64,000 nucleotides of DNA, taken from contig OZ199838.1 in assembly GCA_964304625.1 (NCBI GenBank), forward strand, positions 416,859-480,858, read 5' to 3'. This document shows, in pieces, positions 42,710 to 54,400 of this stretch. Origin of the DNA: Kudoa neothunni. Taxonomy: Eukaryota; Animalia; Cnidaria. Every line of letters starts with the position of its first letter. Position 1 is the stretch's first letter. The translations under genes and the position numbers were made by a program. The notes below the pieces were generated by a model that did not search any database, was not told the origin of the DNA, and worked only from the letters and a program-made list of their open reading frames with translations.

Positions 42710-43456
42710 CGTTAGCTTACTAGTTGTGAATTAACAAAAAATGTTTTGGTTAAATTTGTATCAATATGAATAGAGGAATTCATTTTGCTAATTATTCGTA
42801 CGTCCAATTCAATTAAAAAATTACCAAACTCGATCTTACGAAAAGATAATAGCTATTCAAATGTAACAAAATTTTATGTGAATAGACAATTATCTTTTCG
42901 ATTATTATTGATTGTTTCTAATGCCTAAACTATCACGTTCTTCATTCATTCAAACGATTTTTATATAATAAATATGAAATATTATTTTAATATTATAAAA
43001 CGTACATAAATTTTAAAAATTCCATGCAACTGATTTACGATTAGTCAATAAGCATAATGAAAACAAGTTGTCAATTGTAAGATTGAAAAAATTTAGGCTG
43101 AGATTATTTACACGATAAAATTTAATCCTAAATGGCATTTACGCCTGCTCAGTGGAAATTTTAATTCCAACAGGTCTTACTCGCAAGCCATATACAGATT
43201 TAATTAAATATAGTCGAAGCTAGTAACATCTGAATAGTATTTACCGTGCCAATAGTAACTTCCTTTACTCCAGGACAATCGATAATAGTATTTTTAGGTA
43301 TCATACAGTAAGAAAAATTTTTCAGTGTTAAATTACAACTTTATTTATACTATTCAATAATGTCTAGTTTTTAAAAAATATAAAATATTCGTGTTTTCTA
43401 AAATATTAATTTAACCCTCTGTTGAGAACAATTAATAACATTTATAATCATGTCTA

Positions 43457-44099
43457 TCCTCCTCCTAATATATAAAGTAGTAGTGTCCGTGTGTGTGTAC
43501 GCACAAATCTTCTGCTTATACAGAAAATTTTTGAACTATTTGAGTTTCTTAGTATACTTTAAAAAATACAAAATTAACTACAAAAATATAACGGGATAGT
43601 CTACTTTCTTATAAAGTGGTGGATGTGTGGTGTCAACTTTTTGTAAACAGATTAGCACAGATGATAATGAGATTACCACAGCAAGTGATTTGCTAATTTT
43701 TTAAGTGATGTGCATATATAACTTTAATTTATATTATTTAAACACAATTTTAACTTTAACTTTATTTATTTTACACTTTAAACTAAGTTAACAAATTTTA
43801 CAATATTCGTTCATGCGTCGGTGGTGAAATTGTCGTTAACGAAGATTTGTTATTTAAAAAGGAGATTAATAAGCCATACGAGTTGCACGAAACTGTGATT
43901 CCTAAATTAAAATAAAGTCCAATAAAGAAAAAAATGAAGATGATCGGGTTATTAATGTCAATTTCGTTCGAATTTGTCATCAAAAAGACGATAAAATCAT
44001 TATAATTGATTCTTAACATAAAATGACCTTGGCCTATTCAAGGCTTAAGTCGACGTGATCGGGCAAGGAAACCCAAGCGAAACAGGGTTTTTGTGCTAG
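43457..44099 (+). mobile_element. Non-autonomous Helitron
   Basis: A|TC start followed by TAATATATAAAG and (GT)n; 3' ACCCAAGCGAAACAGGGT hairpin then CTAG|T. Confidence 0.7.
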
Positions 44100-44172
44100 T
44101 ATCTACTAGATATAGAAAGCTGAAGTTTCCGTGTGTGTATAAGCAAGTACGCATGTGCGTCAAAATTTTTTC

Positions 44173-47100
44173 GGTAATGGGGGAGTGTGTAGCCCCTAAA
44201 AATCACTATCTTTCGCATGTTCCTTCTTTCTAATTTTTCACAATTGTTTATAATAAAATAATACCGATTGCATAGATTCGGCTCAAAATAACAACTTATA
44301 AACTCTAACAATTCTTAACCCGAACACTGTCGGATGCACGTGCAATCTCCATCCTGTGACAATAATCATTGAATTTTCTCTTATTTTCGAATTATCCATT
44401 ACTTTCATGATTTATTATTGAACATAATAATTTAATTTCTTTATTTGAACAATATATAAACTTTGCTAATAAAGTAACGGGTTAGCTTAGCACGTGTTAT
44501 GGAAATGGATACGTTAAGTTTTCTAGGAGATGACGATTTTTCATTGATTAATGATCCCATGAAATTATTTAATGCATTGTTACATAAAGGTTATCTTCGT
44601 TCTCATCCTCATAGGTGCTCTAAATGTTATAATTTTAAATGTTTTTCATTAACAAATCGAAAATCAAATGTCAGAAGGCCTATGTCAAAAATGACATCGT
44701 ACAAACGGAATGATTATGATTTTATGCTTTGCTATTTTTGTAAAAAGTAATAACGTTGTCTCTAAAAACCACCTTAACCCTTCGTCGTACGCAAATAACT
44801 TTACGAGGTTACACGCATGGGGTCCATTGAACCACATCAAAAAGAAACTGTTATTTAATATTAATAAATAAAGAAATCAATTATTTTTTAAACAGTTATT
44901 GCAAATGATATTTAAATGTATTTTAAAGACAAATTTTGAGCATTTCTGACAACTTGTTCTTGTTTTTTTATCATGTAGACGGGTGCATAAATAACAACTT
45001 CATTTGTTAACGAGCTAGCTTTTTGGATTTCTACTAATTTTAAGTTTAAAAAAATTATCAATGTATTAACCTTTTTTATTCAACTCAGGCTCTATTAATT
45101 GCATACTCAACGACTTTAAAAACTGCTTCCGACGAATAATTTTATCGGTCTTCATGCAATATATAACGTATGCATTTATTGCTACAATATCTAGAAGTGT
45201 ATGAAATATGACAACAGGCCATCTTCTTGTAATTCGATAAGTAGAGTAGTTCCCGCACATTTGTTCTATTGTATCAACTCCACCTTTTGTTGAATTGTAA
45301 AAAGAGACGATCTCTGGTTGCTTTTTAGGATGGCTCAAATCAACAGTGTAACGGCTTTGTTTCATTTGGGAACATAAGACACTAACGTTAGATCTTTTGT
45401 AAATGTAAAATAAGATGAGTATTATTCACGTGTTTTTGAAACCAGGAATTCAGGAGGTATTTCCTTCTTGTTTTTTCTAATGATACCACAAGCAATTATT
45501 CCATTCATTAATAATTCCTAAAACAATCAAACTGATGTAAGCTAGTTGTCAACAGTGATGTTTCTTCCTGAGCCCAGAATTGGTTGAATCAGGTACATAA
45601 TTAAACTATGGGGTGAGTTGTCAACTTTATTTGGGGCATTATTCTGGGCTCCCCAGGTAAACTTCAAGATTAAGGGTGTAAAAAGTTTTAGAATCACACA
45701 GGTTAAAAATCTTAATCCCATATTTCGCTGGCTTAGAAGGCATATACTGCTTAAAAATACAGTGACCCCGGAATGATCCAAGCATCTCATCGATCGTCAA
45801 ATATTTGGTGGGTATATAATATTTGATGAAATTAGAATTTATTTGATTAAAAATATCTCTGATTTTTGACATTTTATCTTGATTATTTTCATTGGAATTA
45901 CTTGAACCGATTGCAAAACGTAAACATGTTTTTAACAAAGAAAATCTATTCTGGTTGAATATTTTTTTGCAAATTGGAAAATCGAAGTCGTCATCTGCCT
46001 ATAGTTCATTCAAATGAGTAAGATTAGCTTTCTTCACGCCAAAAAAATAGTGCATACCAATGTAAGCTTTTAATTCACACATATCAAATGCCATACAATC
46101 TCGCGATCGTTTGTAATTTGGTTGGATATTTCGAAGGTAGTAATTGATACATTGCAATATTTCAGTTAATATATTCTCAGTGATAAATAAACCCCAAATT
46201 TAAGACTCTGATTCCACATCATCAGGAATTTTTACTCCATGTTTATCCGTTATAATGTCGTGTTTTCTCTTTCTTGAAAATAATCCCACAGGTTTTGAGC
46301 TCCATTCAAAATTTTTAGAGTATAACCAATGTTCACTATCATCTAAACCATTTATTTAAGGAATATTTATTTATTTATTCTATTCTATTATATTACTTTT
46401 TCATCATAACAATCATCAAAATCAGAATAAGTACTGCTCGTGTCCGAGTCTGATGAAAACAAATCATCAAAATCATCGCTTAAAAATTTTCAAAAGTCTA
46501 TTTCCTATTTTCATTTTGAAGAAAACGTAAAAAACCATGATTTTTTTCAATTTTAATGTTACCATAAAAAACACAACGATAGCTGTTTGCAGATTGAAAT
46601 CAGGTGAGGTCCATTGGACCTCATGCTTGTCACGGAGGGTTAATGGGATTTAAATGCAAAACCAAGGTATCTTCGAGAAATGGTATATTCCTTTCTATTT
46701 CAAATTGTCATGTTCCATCTCATAACCTGACGGTCAAAAAAATTTGTAAAATTGTTTACTGGTCCATGGATAATTCTATTTTATCCGCCTCCGAAATGAT
46801 TCATTCCGACAAGAAAACGGTGGCTATGTCGTTTACGAAGTTTCGAGATATTTTCATCCAGAACTTTAATCAACGATCCAAATTTTGCGTAGAAGGTTTC
46901 GTGGTAGAAATAGATGAAACTCCTCTCAAGGGAAAACAAAAAATTAACCGTGGCCGGTATTTAAAAGGAGATGTTTGGAAGACGTCTCCGAACAAAGAAT
47001 TTGTTGATCTAAGTGATTATCTCTATTATTTAATGCGCCATATTTCGTTATTATGGCTTGCTATACTTTCGATCTTATAGCTATCGATGATATGAGCGGA

Positions 47101-47757
47101 AGTCAATATGAGCCATCAGAGAACAAAGTGTCGGATAATTCCTCAAGTAATATACGATTACCTTGTTCAATTTATTTAAGCATATAAATTCAGCAAAGAG
47201 AGAAAAATACGGTAACCGTATTGACGGGCCGTGGATATTTGATTTGGCACTTTGTCATGTCGACGACAATAACAAAAGGTGGCTGAAGGAGGTTCGATAC
47301 TTCTACGTCGAAAAAAGAAATTCCGAAACCTTAACCGAAATTATCAAGAATGAAGTCATTTCTGGGTCGACCATTTTTAGTGATGAGTGGTCTGCCTACA
47401 ATAGTTTATCATCACTTGGTTATAATCATATAAAAATTAATCATTCTATAGAATATGTTCGCGATGGGTTTCACACTAATACCATCGAGGCCTGCTGGGG
47501 AAGACCGAAAACAAAATTCCTAAGAATCAAGAGAGGAGAGAAAAAGAAAATTCAATGTTTATTGTCACACGATAGAGATTGGACGTGCATCCGACAGTGT
47601 TCGGGTTAAGAATTGTTAGAATTTATAAGTTGTTATTTTGAGCTGAATCTATGCAATCGGTATTTTTTTATTTTATTATAAACAATCGTGAAAAAATTAA
47701 GAAGAAGGAACATGCGCAAGATAGTTATTTTTAGGTGCCACCCCCCTCCCCATTACC
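44173..47757 (+). mobile_element. Merlin transposon A, interrupted by piggyBac
   Basis: 8-bp TSD ATTTTTTC (44165-44172 and 47758-47765); ~170-bp imperfect TIRs starting GGTAATGGGG; transposase remnants CSKC, VVEIDE, RIDGPW, SDEWSAY and HTNTIE. Confidence 0.93.
44778..46639 (-). mobile_element. piggyBac element with decayed transposase, nested in Merlin A
   Basis: TTAA at 44774-44777 and 46640-46643; CCCT...AGGG ends; TIDEMLGSFRG, KPAKYGIK and YNSTKGGVD motifs. Confidence 0.92.
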
Positions 47758-47878
47758 ATTTTTTCCTTATAGAGAGATATTTGTGAAATTTGTTAAAAGT
47801 CACAATGTTTCAAAAAATTTTCAAATCATTTTTACACTACAAAATGTTCCAAAAAGTATTTATAAAATAGTGATTTTG

Positions 47879-50300
47879 GGTAATGGGGGAGTATCCAGCT
47901 CCAAAAATTCGGCATCTTCCCGTGCACGCGCATTCCCGATTGTTTTATAATTTAATTCACAACATTTTTAAAATATTGAGTGATCACAAATCAGACCAAA
48001 ATTTTTATTCTAAAGAGTTGCAAAAAATCACACTTCGGCAACAATCGGACAGCGCGCAATGTAATGCGCATACCCTTTCATAACCTTTTTTGGCCTAATT
48101 TGTCATAAATAACTCATGAAACTTATATTTTTAATTTTTATAATATAATCAAATATGTTCTCGCGATTAAAGAATCACACAGGATAGGAGATATTTTATT
48201 GAGTGGTGTTTTGAATTTTCGATAATTATAGATGTAATAGTAACTGCTATATTTATATCTCACGTCAAATTTAAAAATTTATATGTTTTTATAATTTAAT
48301 CCGATTAACAACAGTTTTTTCGATGGCGGATTTTTCACTTCAGCGTCAATTTTATAAACTTTTGTTTAATGTGAGTGCTCTATTTACTTACCTAGCGAAT
48401 AAGGGTCTATTACAAAAAATCCTGATCGGTGCAAGAATTGCCACAGGTATAACACTCTACGCCTCCAAGTTACAACGAGAAAAAGAAACAATACTTCAAT
48501 CGATCTTTGTGACGATGATATTGAGAAATACTCGTATACATGTTCAAAGTACTTTTATTTTATGTATAGTTTTTAAAATATTAATTTTAGGAGTGATTGT
48601 AGAACGCATTTTTCACCCAGGGCCTCTACCTTCTTTAGCATCAATAACGCGATGGGGACGAATGTATCCAAATTAGCAGTGTCTCAGCTATTTGAGTTAA
48701 TATACCTTTGGTGTATTGAAGAACAAAGATGCAGGGTGGTAGCATTAACTCAAATAACCGAGAAAACCATTACATTTTGGTATTCAGTGTTGAGGAATAT
48801 TTGTTATAAAATGTTCCAACGACGCGAGAAAATGGGCGGAGAAAATCGAATCGTCGAAATTGACGAATGTTTATTAAGAGGTCGCCGTAAAACCGGGGAA
48901 GATTTTTAAGCATAGACAAATGGTTGGCCACACCTAACTATTTCTTAAGGAGTAGGTTATTCCTTGGAGCGATTCCTTTGAGACGTCAGCTGAGAAATGA
49001 AAGGTATGGTTACAGAATAAACGGCCCTTGGGTTGTTGGCATTTGCGAATGCTCTGTCGATGAAGATGTAAAACGCAAATTGTTAGAATCAAGATTCTTT
49101 ATTGTCCAAAAAAGGGATAAACGAACGTTGACCCAACTCGTCTTACAGGAAGTTGAAAACGGGTCTACAATCTATACTGACGAGTGGTTGGGGTACACCT
49201 CTCTCCGAATTTACGGCTATAACCATATAACCGTTAATCATTCTAAAGAGTATGTCACTCCAGAGGGTTACCATACTAATACGGTCGAGGTCGTGTGGCA
49301 TCATCTCAAAACAAAACTCATTCGGAAAATGAGCGGTGTGCCACGAAATCAGCTGGATTCCTACCTATATGAATCATGGTCGCGTTCCATTCATAAAGGA
49401 TATTGGAATTTTTTCGAATATATTTTAACAGCGATCGCTACTATTTACCAATTAAATAATAGCTAGCGAAACAAAATATTTGTGTTTTGATTCCTCTCAT
49501 CTTTTATATACTGCTATTTGTCAAAAAACTTAAGAAAACTTTAGATTTTACCATATTAGTATTAACTATAAAATTAAAATTATATTTGCAATAAATATAT
49601 TTGAGATTTCTCGCGTATTTTCGTTTAATGATAATAAATTAAAATATATGTTTATGATTATACGACACATTAACTATGAATTATGGTTATCATGGATCGT
49701 TCCTCAAAGTAGTCAATATATTTGTATAAATCAACATTATATAATTTATGTTTGATTTATTTATAATCTAATTATAAGTAGGTAACGAATTCTTCATTTT
49801 GTTGTTTATAATATAAGGTTTTCAATTTCATCAATAAAGTTTGTACGGTATAACGTTATATATTTAATATTAGTACACCAAAAAAATATATGAACTAAAG
49901 AATAAAATTTTAAGTAACAATTAAGAGTCGTTAACGTAAAAAATGAAAACTTAAGGTTAAAAAACACAATAAATAACTGGCATATATCCTTTCTGTTCAA
50001 TTTCATTAATAATTCAAAGAACATATTTGATTATATTATAAAAATTAAAAATATAAGTTTCATGAGTTATTTATGACAAATTAGGCCAAAAAAGGTTATG
50101 AAAGGGTATGCGCATTACATTGCGCGCTGTCCGATTGTTGCCGAAGTGTGATTTTTTGCAACTCTTTAGAATAAAAATTTTGGTCTGATTTGTGATCACT
50201 CAATATTTTAAAAATGTTGTGAATTAAATTATAAAACAATCGGGAATGCGCGTGCACGGGAAGATGCCGAATTTTTGGAGCTGGATACTCCCCCATTACC
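47879..50300 (+). mobile_element. Merlin transposon B with perfect 283-bp TIRs
   Basis: 8-bp TSD TGATTTTG (47871-47878 and 50301-50308); TIRs 47879-48161 and 50018-50300. Confidence 0.96.
48323..49466 (+). CDS. Merlin/ISXO2-like DDE transposase with one 42-nt intron (48549-48590) and two apparent frameshifts
   Basis: CKNC...CSKSDC zinc ribbon after splicing; VEIDE, GPWVVG, TDEWLGY, VNHS and HTNTVE. Frameshifts at ~48417 and ~48891. Confidence 0.85.
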
Positions 50301-51466
50301 TGATTTTGTCTATTCAAAGTTTGTTAAACAGATTACTTGAGTTCAACAATAGGATTAACGTCTGCTTATGACCTGCTGATGGTTGGTTGAAGTTAACTTT
50401 TTTCCTTATATACTTTATCAAATTTAAATTAGGCGATATCATCTATTTTTATGTATAAGATTGGCGTTTCTATTTGGGTGTTCGTGCAAATACACTCCTT
50501 ATTTGTGGAGTTTAACATATTTGACTTGATAGACTCATTTTGAAGGTTCTTTTAATGGTTTTAGATATGATAAAAAATCTATATATGTTTCTTGAATAAC
50601 AAATTGGTGGAGAACATTAAAATTCCATTCACTGGAGCATTATAATGGAAATATTGCGTCCGTAGATTTCATTAAATCGTCCGCTAAGTTTAACTTTCCG
50701 TGATTAAATTCAATGTAGATGGTTGTACTTTTATTACACCAAATTATTTAAATTGTTTATGTTAAAGCTGGGGCGATTTATAACGGTTTATGGGAAAAAA
50801 TACGTTAAGCTCTTGCCGGGCCAAGCGATGCCAATTTTAGCAATATCAATTAATTTTAGTACGTTATGTTCTATCTCTATTACCTTTCTTATTTTTTATC
50901 TCTTAAAAAGTTAGTGATGCATACGGTTACCGAGCCGGGCCAGAATCCGACTTAAAAATCCTCCGACCCAAAAAATGTTTTAAATGACCGCCGGGATTGG
51001 AACACTCATTCAAAGAAATGATCATAATTTAAATTTCATAATCCAAATCGTTAAAGTATATTGCTTAAACATCTTTAGTTGTTTTGTTTCTATGGGTTAA
51101 TTCGAAACTTCGATATTTGTTTGAATGCCATTAAAAACGTCCCTAGGTGAAATCTTCCCCGAGCAAAGCTGGGCAGTTCGCGCTAATGTTAAATAATTTC
51201 CTGTATATTATATAAAAATAGTTTGAATGAATGAAGAACGTGATAGTTGGGGAATCAGAAATAATCAATAATACTCGAAAGGATGATTGTCTATTCACAT
51301 AAAATTTTGTCATATTTGAATAGTTATTATCTTTTCGTAAGATCGAGGTTGGTAATTTTTTAATTGAATTGGACATATGAATAATTGGCAAGATTAATTC
51401 CTCTATTCATATCGATACAAATTTAAACAGAACATTTTTTGTTAATTCACAACTAATAAGCTAATA

Positions 51467-54400
51467 ATGATGAGATTGTCTTTTAGACAACGATACACTT
51501 CTACAACATACCTCGTCATCTTCACTCGTATTTTTCATTGAGATTATATAGATTATTCGTTATTAGTGTTATGTGCTAAAAATGTGATCTCCGATAATAT
51601 TGATAATAATATAATGAATGTTGATTTTTCGCAAAGTTCAAAGAAATATATTATTTCTGTTTCTGGATACAATATTGAGAATAGCTTCAAACATTGCGCT
51701 CTCGTATACTATGACCATAATGGGGCGAAAATTGACACTGTCCCTAATTGCACAAATGTTCAAAATGATGCGAAATTGGATACAAATTTAAAGATGTGTA
51801 CTTACGAATGTAAAAAAGTCGAACTAAATCTCAATGACCAAGAGTTTAAATCCATTAAATACATAAAATGGTGTCAAGGTAAGGATGGTAATGATGTAAA
51901 AAACTGCCCTATCAAGAGGGTTTTTGCTATAAAAGGTATAATAACGTATTTGCTAATACTTTAATATCATAAAATAGGTCTTTACATAAAAAGTTTGTTG
52001 GCAGCAACTAAAGAAAATAATACATTCATTGTTTCAATCCAAAGTAAACAAAACAGTGCATTAACAATCAAAGGTTCTGCTTCAAGACAGAGACAAGGAT
52101 CGTCGACTGCATTTTATACAATCAAATCAATTAAATTACCTTCTAAATCATATCAACCTACGTATGTGGTTGAAGCCGACAATGTGTCACCAGAAATTTT
52201 ATTGAGTCCAAAAAACCTTAATGAGGATTGGTTTATTGCAGCAGGGTCAAAAGGAATCAAGAGTAATTATTATACAATTACACTCCAAAATCCAAAACCT
52301 TCGCAAATTTGTTACTTTGGAATAAAAGATATTAATGACTCTCATTTTTCCTCCAATTGCTCAGATATGAATAGAGCTGGGCCCTGTCTTCAGCCTTGCT
52401 ACAAAGCAACCTTATATCATGATCAAACTTTTAATTTCGCTCAAGTAATTGTTAAGCCCCTAGACAAGATCATATCCAAAGAGTTTATTCAAACTATCAC
52501 ATGTAAATCGTAATTTATCTAATGTTTCATGTTGATTTTGTATAGTCGCTGGCAGTCAACCCACTATTATTTCTACCGAAAAAGGTGTGGCATCTGTAGA
52601 TTTAACTAATTTGGATAAAAGTGAGGGCAAAAGTAGTGCTGAACGAGAAATATTTATCGCAGAAATTAAAATAATAGAGAAAAATCTGGGAATTAATCAT
52701 AATTGGGAAAATCCCGTATGTAACGGTAGCGGAGAATGTAATAATATTCAACGGATAATTTTGAACTCGCTTATGCCACTAACAGAATATATTTTAAAAG
52801 TTAAAATAATTGGACTTAAAACGTTAGATTCTCTTGAAGTTAATTATTATCACCGTTATTTTTATTTCAAAACTAAAGGTAACTTTAAATACTAACTCTA
52901 TTTATAATTCTAAATAGGAGATGAATTAACAAAAGATGGAAATATTACTCCAGGCATCACTAATAACAAGCATAATGAGCTGACTTTAACTCCATCTAAT
53001 TTATTTACAGATGAAAAAAGGAATGACGCAAAATGTGATCTTTATTATTCAGTCACAGGAAGTGATACCCCGATATATCCTGCCACATGTAAAGAAGGTA
53101 ATGAAAAAAAATTTTGTTCCGGTGCTTGCAACATTGAATTCAATATTATAAACCTTGACCCTAAAACAACGTACAAAATAACTGTTTGTCCGGAAGGATA
53201 TAACTGTATTGAAAACATTGGGGAATCAAGTAATTTATTTATAAAGTTTAATGAAAATGAAATTTAATAGCTGGTGGAATCGAGATAGAAATAACCACCT
53301 CAAAAGTTGTTGAGGAAAAGAAAACTAAAGCTACCGTGGCTGCTGCTTCAGGTCAAACATTAGGAAATTCTTGGGCGTACGTTCTACTGGAACAAGAATC
53401 TACAAAAATTATCAAGGATTGTTTGAATAGCGCATGTGATCCCATTATAGCGACTGGAACTAACACAATAGATTTCTCATGGGCTTCTCTCAGTTGCGAA
53501 GTTACATATAAACTAGTTATTATAAATGTAGGTTATTCTAAACCAACAGAAAAAAACATAGAATGTAACTGCTCTTTTATAGAAATATTAATTTTATATT
53601 TATAGGTGGTATTGACGAAGGTGATCAGAAAATGGTTCTATATTACGATAAATCGAAATCAAAATACATGGTAAAATTCAAAGAAAACGCTTTAACTAAA
53701 AAGGACGTTGAAACATATACAGTTCGAAAATCTAATGATGCCCTTTCGATATATATAAATGCTGGAAAAAATAGTAATCCAATTGAAAAACAATACGCTG
53801 ACCTTAAAACATTTTTCGAAATTGATCCTAGTAGTCAGAATGAACTAAATTATATTTCTGTCACTTATCCAGAGAGTAAAACTATTACTGCTAAAAAGGC
53901 CGATAAATCGGGCATGGATGGGACAATTCTACTTCAAGGAGGCAATGGCAGTAAAAAGACAAGCTCAGGCGAACCCCCTTCGTCATCTTTATCAACTGGA
54001 CAAGAAAAACTACAAAAATCACAGGATGTAAAAACTACTTTTAATGTAGGAAAGGTCTATTCATACTACATAGGTAATATATAATTTCTTTATAAATTTA
54101 ACCATTTTTTAAGATCATTTCAAAGAATTTACTCACAAAGCTGAATTAAAAGACGACGGAATAAAATTGGGTTTAAATAAATGTTCATTAGAGTGCAAAT
54201 CATTCAAGGATACTAAATTGCAAACTAATAGAAAGGAACCACTGACTCAAGAGTCCCCATGTGAATTTGAAAGTTATTTGATTCAATTTGATGAGTTAAT
54301 AAATGACTATTATATAAGCTGTCCAGAATATTTTGACTTTCATTATTTCTACGACAATACATTTGTTAAAAATCATGCCCCAATTTATAGTAGATTTTAT

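Larger units (their letters stand above)
44102..51186 (+). mobile_element. Non-autonomous Helitron hosting two Merlin insertions
   Basis: A|TCTACTAGATATAGAAAG...(GT)n start; helicase-like remnants at ~50500-50830 (KLLPGQ); 3' CCCCGAGCAAAGCTGGG hairpin then CTAA|T. Confidence 0.65.

Noticed and set aside
47883-50317. Identical ORFs MGEYPAPKIRH... on both strands
   Set aside because: These are chance frames within the Merlin B TIRs.
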